32,459 nucleotides of DNA from Octopus bimaculoides (Eukaryota). Location: positions 9,366,639-9,399,097 of the forward strand of contig NC_068999.1 in assembly GCF_001194135.2 (NCBI RefSeq), read 5' to 3'. A program made the position numbers and the translations under genes. The notes beneath the pieces were generated by a model. It saw only the letters and a list, made by a program, of their open reading frames with translations. It did no database searches and was not told the origin of the DNA. Shown in pieces: positions 11,004 to 22,876 of this stretch (position 1 is its first letter; every line of letters starts with the position of its first letter).

Positions 11004-11307
11004 CGAATCGAAATATCAAATATCAGAATTACTTGCACATTAATGCTTTTCAAATTACCTAAACATTCACTTTAATACAGAAAACAAACTGAATGTGAAA
11101 ATATTCGTACAATTATTAGGATCCTCCACTTCAACTTTGTTTAAAAGCCATTTCTCAATGGCACTTACGGACATTAGGACATCCTCACCAGTCTTGTACA
11201 ATGCATAATCAGTGTCTTTGCATCATTGATATTTTATTATTATGAACGATCGTTCTTTACTATATGTTGTACATTACAGCTACAAGACGCACCAGTTCCT
11301 CTCTGCA

Positions 11308-11385
11308 ATCCCGCTGATGAAGGCTCCATGTCTATATAGACTTCTTTGAAGCTACTGGCTGCTGGAAACACGATCGTGTCTGGAC
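11308..11385 (+). ncRNA. Degenerate hammerhead-like motif, possible PLE pLTR remnant
   Basis: CTGATGA (11314-11320)...GAAAC-ACGATCGT-GTC (11365-11380) with palindromic stem III. The stem II region is over-long and poorly closed, and stem I is short. Confidence 0.35.
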
Positions 11386-12769
11386 ACATTACAAAATATA
11401 TTGTGTAACTTCACATTATATTCAAGAAACTTTCGGTGTTAGATGAAGTCATATATCATTGTGTTATATTACTAAATAAAATATTTTCGATTTTACAGAG
11501 TCCTCTTGTTAATCGCTTTGCACAAAGGAAATATTTTCATTATAATTGCGATATATATGTAAAAGTACAAATCATAAATGTGTGTGCATATATGCATATA
11601 TATANNNNNNNNNNNNNNNNNNNNNNNNNNNNNNNNNNNNNNNNNNNNNNNNNNNNNNNNNNNNNNNNNNNNNNNNNNNNNNNNNNNNNNNNNNNNNNNN
11701 NNNNNNNNNNNNNNNNNNNNNNNNNNNNNNNNNNNNNNNNNNNNNNNNNNNNNNNNNNNNNNNNNNNNNNNNNNNNNNNNNNNNNNNNNNNNNNNNNNNN
11801 NNNNNNNNNNNNNNNNNNNNNNNNNNNNNNNNNNNNNNNNNNNNNNNNNNNNNNNNNNNNNNNNNNNNNNNNNNNNNNNNNNNNNNNNNNNNNNNNNNNN
11901 NNNNNNNNNNNNNNNNNNNNNNNNNNNNNNNNNNNNNNNNNNNNNNNNNNNNNNNNNNNNNNNNNNNNNNNNNNNNNNNNNNNNNNNNNNNNNNNNNNNN
12001 NNNNNNNNNNNNNNNNNNNNNNNNNNNNNNNNNNNNNNNNNNNNNNNNNNNNNNNNNNNNNNNNNNNNNNNNNNNNNNNNNNNNNNNNNNNNNNNNNNNN
12101 NNNNNNNNNNNNNNNNNNNNNNNNNNNNNNNNNNNNNNNNNNNNNNNNNNNNNNNNNNNNNNNNNNNNNNNNNNNNNNNNNNNNNNNNNNNNNNNNNNNN
12201 NNNNNNNATATATATATATATATATATATATATAAGTATATATACTTATATAGATATAGGATTGTAATATACCCACGTGTGCGCATATGAATACACGTAC
12301 ATTTATTTGTGCGCATATGCCTATGTGTATTTATGTCTGTGTATGTGTGTGTTAGTGTTTCTGCATATTTCGTTCGTGCATACTTCGTTTTAATATGGAA
12401 GAGTAATAGCTTGCATTAAAATCAGATATGCTATTGTCTTCAATATTTTTGTACTTCCATCTTCCACCAACTATCTACTTGCGTTAATGCAGATTTTTCT
12501 AAGCTCACACTACTTTGTACTGAATGGAGCTTAATGGACGCTCTTAAGAACATGCGCTTATCAACAGACAAGAGGAAACAGCAACGACTCGAACGCTCAA
12601 AACCAATATCCGGTTTTGGAAAGGTCCTGAAATTGGTGACACTCTTGTGGTATCTTCGTTTTAGACTTTGCTAATCTTTCTGTTATTTTGTCTTTCTCTC
12701 ATAGTTTTTTATTTTTTTTAACCGCATCAATTTTTTTTTCACGTCATTTTAGCCGCTCCCCATCGCTTC

Positions 12770-12814
12770 ATTCTAATAATAACAACAGCAACAACAGCAA
12801 TACTGATAATAATG

Positions 12815-12884
<70 letters not shown>

Positions 12885-12939
12885 TAATGCAATTTTGTCT
12901 GTTATTGTTGACGGTGTACTTGATATTATTATTAACACT

Positions 12940-12980
<41 letters not shown>

Positions 12981-13010
12981 TGTCATTGTTGTTATTATTA
13001 CTATTATTAC

Positions 13011-13091
<81 letters not shown>

Positions 13092-13192
13092 CATTATTAT
13101 TATTATTATCATTATGGTTGTGATAATAATAAATATAACAATGATTATTAATATATTTATCATCATCATCATCATCATCATCATTATTATTA

Positions 13193-13252
<60 letters not shown>

Positions 13253-13687
13253 CATTATTATTATCATTAACATTATTATTAAATTTAATGTCTCCATGCA
13301 TTTATTTAAAATATTGTCTTCCCGAATAAATTGTGCTGCATACGTAGTGACCACGTCACAAAATGAAAATGGAAATAGATCGTCATCTACATCAGCTAGA
13401 TTATCAATATCATCGTCATCATCATCGTCATCATCATCATCATCAACGACCTCCTCTACTCCCCCTCTTCGTCGTAATCACTTCGCCCACTATTCTCATC
13501 ATCTCCTTTACCATTACCTGTATCGACTTGTTCACACCCCCTTACTGTTCCTCCACTTCGTCGTCGTCGTCGTTGTCATCATCATCATCATCATTACCAT
13601 CAACTTCATCATTATCGTCATCGCCATCGTCATCATCGTCGTCGTCATCACGATCAACATCATCGTCGACATCGTATTCATCATCAC

Positions 13688-13722
<35 letters not shown>

Positions 13723-13741
13723 CAATCATCGTCGTCATCAC

Positions 13742-13773
<32 letters not shown>

Positions 13774-14000
13774 TCCTTATCATCCCCATCAACTTCCTCC
13801 TCTTCCTCATTATCATCATCAACATTATCATCTCTATCATTATCATCGTCATCATCATCAACATCGTCATCGTCATTATCATCATCATAATTATTATCAT
13901 CATTATCGTCATTGTCGACATCATCATCATCATCATCATCGTCATCACCATCATCATCGTCATCATCGTCATCATTATCATCATCTTCATAATCATAATA
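12770..14000. repeat. ~1.2-kb compound trinucleotide field: (AAC/AAT)n, (ATC)n, (ATT)n, then degenerate (ATC/GTC/ATT)n
   Basis: Directly visible; source of all homopolymeric ORFs from 12688 to 14117. Confidence 0.95.
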
Positions 14001-14504
14001 GACACACATATTTGTTTTTCCTACAGCGTGTCCCTTTCTAATCTCATAGTCATTTTGTCAATGTTCTTACCAAAAAAAAATCCCGTGGAAGACGAGAACA
14101 CTGTACATCACAAGTGAGATAATAGATAGTCTATATTTGTCTTAATGTATTTAACTATGTCTTAGGTCATTTGAAGTTGTGGTGTTATGCGGAGATGTTT
14201 AATTACAGACATTTCCAGCGATTGATTGAACACATTCTCCGATGTACAAGCAGGTAGATCGATGTGCTCATTCAACTTTGTACCTTTATGACAAACAAAA
14301 TGCAACGCAAAGATTCACCGCCGTTCGTTTAAAAATTCTTTTGTAGCTTTGTAAGATTGATATGGAATACGTGTCGATTCCATTTCCATCGCATCGCAAG
14401 GGAGACGATCTTCTTTGTAAAATTTTATTTCCGAAAGTGAAGTGAAAGAAACAAGAATATACATTTATGCATATATACATGTTATATACATACATAAATG
14501 TATA

Positions 14505-14646
<142 letters not shown>

Positions 14647-14864
14647 GATATATATGTATATATACACAGATATAATGCTAGGTAAATCGATATGCATATG
14701 TACACACACATATCTATATGTATATATGTATATATGATTTACTAACGAAATATATATATATATATATTTTTTTTTTACTGCCGATATATATACTTCATAC
14801 TTACATACATACATACTTACACACGCACAAGCACACACACAGATATATGTATATATGTATGCAA

Positions 14865-14904
<40 letters not shown>

Positions 14905-14906
<2 letters not shown>

Positions 14907-14928
14907 AGGCGCAATGGCCTAGTGGTTA
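14905..14928 (+). mobile_element. Isolated 24-nt 5' end of SINE type C inside (TA)n
   Basis: GGAGGCGCAATGGCCTAGTGGTTA matches the heads of the 4511-4828 and 18093-18476 copies and is flanked by (TA)n on both sides. Confidence 0.75.
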
Positions 14929-15506
14929 TATATATATATATATACACATATATATGTGCCGAGCCAGAATTAGCTTAATGCATCCTACGGCAACCTTCTT
15001 AAGTACGCAGCCGGGCCTCATTAACTGAAATTGCATAAAGCATGAAGATCACTACATCATATTTACAACCTTCACAAAATTTTCAAGTCGTCCTTTTAGT
15101 TTAGTGAAATCAATACTCCGAGTAAATATGTACCAGTGTTTTTACTCGCCTGTGAATCATTTTCGTTCACCTGATATTATTTCCTTTCTGTAACAATCAT
15201 TTCTTTCAAGGTTTGTAATGATAACCATCAAACCGCCATCTTAATTCCGCAAGAGGTTACCATAATACGATAAAGGATGTCTGAAGACATCTTCTATATT
15301 ACTAGCGTTCTGCTTTGATGCTTTATATCAAATAATATATATCCAATAGCAGACATGTCTTAGAATCGTACATCTCAAGTAGAAATGATATTTCGCTAAC
15401 ATTTCGCTAGTCCAATAAATGGGTATTGATCGATTTTAATATTCTTAGTTTTCTCTCTCTCTTTCACCCTCCCTCTCTCTCACACACACACTCACACTCT
15501 CTCTTA

Positions 15507-15509
<3 letters not shown>

Positions 15510-15577
<68 letters not shown>
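15510..15577. repeat. (CT)n microsatellite
   Basis: Directly visible. Confidence 0.95.
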
Positions 15578-15579
<2 letters not shown>

Positions 15580-16455
15580 AATCTCGCTGTCCCCCTCTCT
15601 CACTCCTTCTCCCTCTCTTTCTGTGCCTTCCTTCGTACCTATGACGTTCCCTCACGCTATGTATATTTACATGTATGTGCCTGCATAAATATATATATAT
15701 GGACAGGGATGTGTGTGCATGTCCACGTGTGTGCGTGTGTATAAATACATATAAATATGTGTGTGTATGTATGGACATATGTGTACACACACAGAATATT
15801 CAGTTCGACTGAGCGACCGATTTTCTCACCGGCCGTCCATCCTTTTATCTGGTTAACTACCTCTCTCGCTTTCTCTCTGTCTTCTCTGTCTCCTTATACT
15901 CATATACACACATACACACATATATATATATATGCACACATATGTATATATACATATATACATACATATGTTTTTTTCGTACATTCTCCTACATATATAC
16001 TGACGTACATATATATATATATTTATATTTGCAAAATGCATATAATATATATTATACCTTGATATCTTGTAGTAGGCAGTTTAAAGCCCACCCACAGTGT
16101 TCGGGTATCCGCTGTGAACAACACGAGATGATATGCTGCATAGTCAATTGTCATGCTTTATAGGTGCAGGTACGTCTCCTCAGGTGACTTTCCAAAAAAG
16201 TATTCTTACAGATTAAGCGAAACGGCGAGGAAAAAGAACTACGAACTTTTTCAAAATATCACCCGAGGAAACACCTTCACCTATAATGTATGACAACTAA
16301 TTGTACAGCATCTCATCTGTAAACTACGAGTGCATGATGAGTCGAAACGATCGTAATGATTCTAAATAAAGTCTTGTGCCTTCCATTTTCTGTCTCATCT
16401 TTTCATATATTATATATCATCTATATATGACATATGTCTAATATAATCTATCTAA

Positions 16456-16517
<62 letters not shown>

Positions 16518-16518
16518 G

Positions 16519-16555
<37 letters not shown>

Positions 16556-16683
16556 ATATATATATATATATATATATATGCATCTCTCTCTCTCTCTCTC
16601 TCNNNNNNNNNNNNNNNNNNNNNNNNNNNNNNNNNNNNNNNNNNNNNNNNNNNNNNNNNNNNNNNNNNNNNNNNNNNNNNNNN

Positions 16684-16729
<46 letters not shown>

Positions 16730-16748
16730 TGTGTGTGTGTGTGTGTGC
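16456..16748. repeat. Compound (ATCT)n, (CT)n, (AT)n, gap, (GT)n
   Basis: Directly visible. Confidence 0.95.
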
Positions 16749-16869
16749 ATATGCGTGTGTCTCTATATTTGTTTATTTGAATATTGATATCGCTGTAAAT
16801 ATCTCTTTGAAGCTTTCACTTTCATATCGGCCTTTGTCTACAACCAAGAATTCCTCTATCTCCCTACAG

Positions 16870-16879
16870 TACTACTACG

Positions 16880-16910
<31 letters not shown>

Positions 16911-16911
16911 G

Positions 16912-16968
<57 letters not shown>

Positions 16969-17012
16969 CTGCAACAACAACAATAACAGCTGCAGCAGCA
17001 ACAACATTAACA
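16870..17012. repeat. (TAC)n grading into (CAA/CAG)n
   Basis: Directly visible. Confidence 0.95.
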
Positions 17013-18092
17013 GCAAGTCCTCCTCATAGGCCCTCTTCTTACTGCTCCTTAATCTTAACTTATCATATTGCAGAGGGTTTTATCTAGCACGTGTGATAAG
17101 TTCCTTTATGTCTTTTCCACAAGCGAAGGTCAACTTTGCTTTCTTCCAATATACCAAATCTATTTCTTAATCACAGCGGATCCATTTCTTAATAATCAGA
17201 ATATTTCTGATACATTTATTAATCAAACCGCTAATGGCTATTTCTGATGCTGTCGTTATTGTCGTTGGCGTTGCTGTCATTATTGTTCCCGTTGACGGAC
17301 GTTGTTCTTATTGTTGGTATTGTTATTTTTACTTTTGTTGTTGAGTTCCCAGTTTGGCCCTGATTGAATAAGCGTATCGTGATAAGAATCAACTCATGCG
17401 TTCCTCTGCGCTCCCCTTCTTTTTCTTCTTAAGATTAGATTATCTATGATGGATTATATGATCTAATATGGTGCCTTTTTTTGAAATATTATCTGGTTCT
17501 ATAGGTTTTTCGATTGTTGTTTAACGGTTTGAACTACGATGCAAAAGCTGAGCAAAAGCATCTTGCTTAAGGGAAGATTTAAATGAAAATTAATGTTCAT
17601 CACGCTATGATGATCCTAACATACGTGTCGAATTCTTATGATGATCCTAACATCAGAATATGAAACATGTGTATTTTTCAATAATGGAACAAAAATTGTA
17701 GAAATATTTGAAGTTTTAAAGCTAAAACTGACTCAAATGCCTATACAGACATGGGAGATACACACACTTATCCTGAGCGTCCACTGACCAAGTGTCTTTA
17801 GATCAAGGAAGACAAATTCAGTCTGTTTGATGGGTATAGACAACCGTAGACTTTTGAAAAGTGCCAATAAATCTAACTTGAAAACCCTTAAAATGGCCCG
17901 GATCCTATGAGAGGTTTGATGGGTTGTGGCTAACGCTTAGCTGAGTTCATTTGCGCACGTACATCGGTAAGTTTTTGCGGTTTGTCATGATATCAAGCCA
18001 TCTTCCACTCATCAACGTGGGACTTATGAATGATATTGATGCTTTCCTCGATGAAGATCTTATTAATAATGGTATACAAGATTACCAGACAA

Positions 18093-18476
18093 GGCGCAAT
18101 GGCCCAGTGGTTAGGGAAGCGGACTCGCGGTCGTAGGATCGTGGTTTCGGTTTCAAGTCCGGGCGTTGTGAGTGTTTATTGAGCGAAAACACCTAAAGCT
18201 CCACGAGGCTCCGGCAGGGGATGGTAGCAAACCCTGCTGTACTCTTTCACCACAACTTTCTCTCACTCTTACTTCCTGTTTCTGTTGTACCTGTAATTCA
18301 AAGGGCCAACCTTGTCACACTGTGTCACGCTGAATATCCCCGTGAACTACGTTAAGGGTACACGTGTCTGTGGAGTGTTCAGCCACTTGTACATTAATTT
18401 CACGAGCAGGCTGTTCCGTTGATCGGATCAACTGGAACCCCCGACGTCATAAGCGACGGAGTACCAACGCAATACA
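18093..18476 (+). mobile_element. SINE type C, full length, alternative 3' module, 14-bp TSD
   Basis: A-box TGGCCCAGTGG, B-box-like GTTTCGGTTTC, short CAATA-repeat tail; ATACAAGATTACCA at 18074-18087 and 18477-18490. Confidence 0.9.
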
Positions 18477-18680
18477 ATACAAGATTACCAACAAATACAT
18501 AATTTTGATCTGACCAGGTCCTAACACCTTAACATAAAAATAAGTAATAATCTCAATTTCTAAATTTTCATTTTGGAATGAAGTGAAGTTACGTTGTACG
18601 AGAATATTATTTTAATCAATGTCATAATTAATGTCTGTTCGACACTTTGAAATGCTCGTAATGATACCATTTTACATTCG

Positions 18681-19055
18681 TTTTCCGTCATTTGATTGCA
18701 GCCATGCTGGGGCATCGCATTGAACGTGTTTTAGCCGAACAAATACTCCACGGTTTATTTTTAAAGCCTAGTTCTTCTTCTACCGGTCTATTTTGTCGAA
18801 CCGCTAGCTTTCAGGGCTGGTAAACACAGCAGCACAAGTTGTCAAGCTGTGGTCGGGGACAAAGATAGACACGAAGACGTACACTGATACACACATACAC
18901 ATATATTTACCGGTCATGCATGAGGATTTCTCTGGGACCTGTAATCTACTTACGTTTACTGCTATCTACTTGTCGAACATTGGTAACTAAGTTCTTTGAA
19001 TACTGAGTGCTTTATTGATATCTGCCAGAATTGTACATCCCCTTTTTTCTTCTAA

Positions 19056-19120
<65 letters not shown>

Positions 19121-19185
19121 ATCTATCAAATTCACTCACAACGCTTTGGTCGGTCCGAGGTTATAGAGAAGGACATTTGCATAAA
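18681..19185 (-). mobile_element. SINE type A, decayed, in two pieces (tail 18681-18905; body about 19057-19185) separated by ~150 nt of unrelated sequence
   Basis: GTCATTTGATTGCAGCCATGCTGGGGCA...GTCGAACCGCTAG...GTTGTCAAGC, then (CA)n and CTATCAAATTCACTCACAACGCTTTGGTCGGTCCGAGGTTATAG. Confidence 0.7.
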
Positions 19186-20117
19186 CCTAAAGAAAGGAAA
19201 ACAAAATAATATTTTAAAGTTCTTTCATTATTCTGTTACTGGCTGCAATCATCGTCTTTCGGCCATTTGTGGCAACCCGTCGATAATATTAAATTCTGTG
19301 TCAGATATTTTTTTTGCTATCGTTATCGGTTTATATAATACCTAAATGAATTTTTGTATAACTTCCCCCCAAAAAAAAGAAGAAAAAAATAGAAAGAAAG
19401 AAAGGAAGAGAAGATCTTGTAGGGAAATGCTCCACAACAGTTATATCTTTCTACCTGATATCAGCAATTTATTCCAAATGGTTTTCAGTAGATTATTAAG
19501 AGCAATTAAGCTAATTAGTCTAAATTTCCATTTCCCGAGCAGCCTTAGACATTTCCCCCCGCCCCCCAAAAAATAAAGAAGAGAAAAAATGCTTGATTAC
19601 GCTCATACTCAACTTAGTATGCTTTAACATTGCAGAGTAAATTAGATCACGAAAATGACTAAATCAGTAGAACATAATTTCAGTACCAGTTACAATTGTT
19701 TCAGTAGCATTCAGCTTCAAACCTCTTTACATATACCCAATTATATACGATAAAATACAGGAGACCCGTTTAAATAATACAAGTATAGCGTAATTCGTTT
19801 CGTGTAACTAAGTGTAAATTATTTGTTTGGTGTGGAGGGTAAAGCTACTGAAATAATACCGAAAACCGGTATGCATCTTATATTATACTGGTTCCTTAAT
19901 CTTAGTTTTATTTGTATTACCCTTCAATATTACATATCGGCACAGAGTATTAATGATATTTACTCAGATATTTTGCATCTATGGATTATGTAATACAATC
20001 ATAGCACTACATATCATTCTAAATGTACAGACAGCTAGGATTTCCCTCAGATGTGCTGCATAATACATAACTCCCAAATATTACAAGATCAATATTTGTC
20101 AACAGGGACTACAAATT

Positions 20118-20295
20118 TTTGGTACAATGTCAACTATTTCAAACGAGGGGGGTTAATCAATACAATCGAGAGCATAGAGTTCAACTGCTACTTATTTTAT
20201 CGACCCCAGAAGGATGATTAGCATAGTCGATGCGGCGGAATTTGAACTCAGAACGCAGCGACGGCGTGTTAACGACTCTGCCAGCTCGCCGCTCT
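20118..20295 (-). mobile_element. SINE type B, decayed
   Basis: TTTTATCGACCCCAGAAGGATGA...GGCGGAATTTGAACTCAGAACG...CTCTGCCAGCTCGCCGC; collinear with 10789-11003 with an internal deletion. Confidence 0.8.
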
Positions 20296-20359
20296 AACGA
20301 CGACTGTAATATCGATGACGGTTACAACGGATGTCGGGGTTGTTGTTATAAAACTGAAT

Positions 20360-20398
<39 letters not shown>
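20360..20398. repeat. (GAT)n microsatellite
   Basis: Directly visible. Confidence 0.95.
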
Positions 20399-20449
20399 GT
20401 GACGGTACCAATAGGTGGTGCTAGAGACCAATACCTTTTAGCATTTAAT

Positions 20450-20825
20450 TTTTTCAATCATTCGACTATGGCCATGCTGGGGCACGAAATCCAATCTTTG
20501 ACCAAACCTCCAAGAAATCACCGCCAGTTCTTATATTCAGTCGTGTAGTGCTTTTTCTCTCAGTCTCCTTGCTGGAACGCAAAGTTACGGCGAAATGATT
20601 AAGCCAACTCAAATACCCAAACGGTGAGAGGACAAACAAAAAATACACACACACATACATGCACACACATACACACACACACAATACAGTCTTGCACGCA
20701 ATTTTCGTCTACCAAAGTTCCTCAAGATGCGTTGGTTGTCCAGGAGCCATATTAGAAAACGCTGGCCCAAAATACCGCGCAGTGGAACAGAACTCGACAC
20801 GGCATGTTTCCCAAACACGCCTCTT
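20450..20825 (-). mobile_element. SINE type A, old and highly diverged near-full-length copy
   Basis: ATCATTCGACTATGGCCATGCTGGGGCAC...AAGTTACGG...GGACAAAC, (CA)n, TTTCGTCTACCAAA...CGCGCAGTGGAACAGAAC, in the same order as 30951-31441. Confidence 0.65.
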
Positions 20826-21209
20826 AATCACGAACCCATGCCATCTTATACTCGACATGTTAATAGTAATTATTTTAGTGAATCACTGTACTTTTTCGTC
20901 GTCTTAAATAATTCTCACATATTTATAATGTAACGCCACCCAGGAGAGTTAGATTTCGGTGTGAGCAAACACTGCATTAACCTATATCGCTATTGTTCTA
21001 CATGTTTTATGTCTACTAATACTTCGGAAGGAGACAAAATGCGTCTTGCACGTTGTACAAATAACATGTAATACACACTTGAACTGTTTCACCTGGATAT
21101 TGACACCTTAAGTTCAATTTAGAAGTTACAATTGATGGCACTACGTTCAGCATTTCTTTCTCAGAAATGTAGATCTCTGCTACTGCTGTTATTATTGTTG
21201 TTGTCATTG

Positions 21210-21330
21210 TTAAGGCAGCGAGCCAGCAGAAACGTTTGCACGCCGAAGAAAATGCTTAGCGGCATTTCTCCTGATTTTAGGTTCTGATCTCAAATCCCAT
21301 CGAAATTTACTTTGACTTCCATCAATTCGC
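21210..21330 (+). mobile_element. SINE type B 5' half, abutting an opposite-strand type A copy
   Basis: TTAAGGCAGCGAGCCAGCAGAAACGTTTGCACGCCG...TGCTTAGCGGCATTT...GTTCTGATCTCAAAT matches the reverse complement of 10890-11000. Confidence 0.8.
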
Positions 21331-21332
21331 TT

Positions 21333-21568
21333 TCACAAGCGATGTTGGGGGGACAAACACAGACGCACAAACACATACACACACATATATATATATATAC
21401 ATATACATATATACGACGGGCTTCTTTTAATTTCCGTCTGCCAAATCCACTCACAAGGCTTAGGTCGGCCCGAGGCTATAGTAGAAGACACTTGCCCAAG
21501 GTGACACAGTCACCTTGGGCAAGTGTTATGATTGGGAAGCGAGCTTCTTACCACACAGCTTCACCTGC
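21333..21568 (-). mobile_element. SINE type A, head and body; tail missing, B-box replaced by an inversion
   Basis: CAAGCGATGTTGGGGGGACAAACAC...CAAATCCACTCACAAGGCTTAGGTCGGCCCGAGGCTATAGTAGAAGACACTTGCCCAAGGTG...GCTTCTTACCACACAGC. Confidence 0.9.
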
Positions 21569-22218
21569 GCCTTATTTTCTAGAAATCCAAGACGCACCCG
21601 TCCTTAACAGGCGGAAATATGCACTGATATACCTGAATAAGAAGAGGCCTTTCGGATATAATTGAAATCCATTTAATTTTGTTTCATCGCCTTACAGATA
21701 AGTAGTTGAGGATGCATCGTAATCAAGCTACAACCTTAAAAGTTATCACTGATGATGATGACGACTACAACCATGATTAGAATTATTCAAATATCACTGA
21801 ATCTTTTCTTTTTTTTCATGGCTTATATCCTTTCCATATCGTCTAGATTGCCGACTTCGTCTCTAAAGCAAGATTTAGTGCGAACAAACATAGCATTAAA
21901 CCAAACCATTATTGTTCTAGATTTGTCGCGGGCACTTAGCTTTGGAATTAAAAAAAAAAAAAACCAGTTCGTTGTGTAAGGTAAAATAACAGACAGTTGA
22001 TCTGTGTCAACTAAGAATAGTAAGCTTAAACCCTTGCTTTAGAAATGAGAAAAGTCTACAATAATCACCTTAGAAACCTGCATTTCGTGTCCTTCATATT
22101 GCTCAGCACAGTCGAGACCTTATACAATGCCCCTATAGAAAACCGCGTTTACAATATCGCGTTGTATTTCCCTTTTTAGTTTCTCTCTTTTTTTCCCCCT
22201 TTTTGACTTCTTTTTCTG

Positions 22219-22465
<247 letters not shown>

Positions 22466-22734
22466 TTTTATAAGGTTATTATTTTGTGTATTTTCTTGCT
22501 GTGTATCACATGTACTAAACAATCATACTTGAAACAGTGTGTTACTGCTGTCACCGTCCGTAGTAATATTAACACAGTTATTTGCAATTGTTATTGTTAT
22601 TTTTGTTGTTTTATATCTTCTCATTTGGTTTTCATTTAGAATTTCCTCTCTTTCTCTATTGCATGTAGGAGCGTTCTTTCTCGCCTCCATTTCTCCTTCC
22701 TTACTTTTTTCGTTTTCTTGATTTCCCCACTTCT

Positions 22735-22771
22735 TTCTCTCTGTCTGTCTGTCTCTCTGTCTGTCTGTCTC

Positions 22772-22820
<49 letters not shown>
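22735..22820. repeat. (CTGT)n and (CT)n
   Basis: Directly visible. Confidence 0.95.
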
Positions 22821-22823
<3 letters not shown>

Positions 22824-22876
22824 TACATTCTCCTTTCTTTTCTTCGTTACTCCTTTTTCCTTCCTCATGTACTTAC

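Noticed and set aside
12688-14117. Poly-Asn, poly-Ile, poly-Ser, poly-Asp and poly-Met ORFs
   Set aside because: Stop-free frames arise automatically in trinucleotide repeats; both strands are open and there is no unique domain.
14347-14436. Plus-strand 90-nt exon-like LCKIDMEYVSIPFPSHRKGDDLLCKILFPK
   Set aside because: Weak donor and no recognisable homology; it cannot be chained into a consistent gene model.
17900-17975. Strong plus-strand donor CG|GTAAGT near 17967
   Set aside because: No long open frame or good acceptor upstream; isolated donor consensus matches are expected by chance.
18093-18165. tRNA gene
   Set aside because: A- and B-boxes are present, but the acceptor stem does not close and the sequence continues into a SINE body with tail and TSD.
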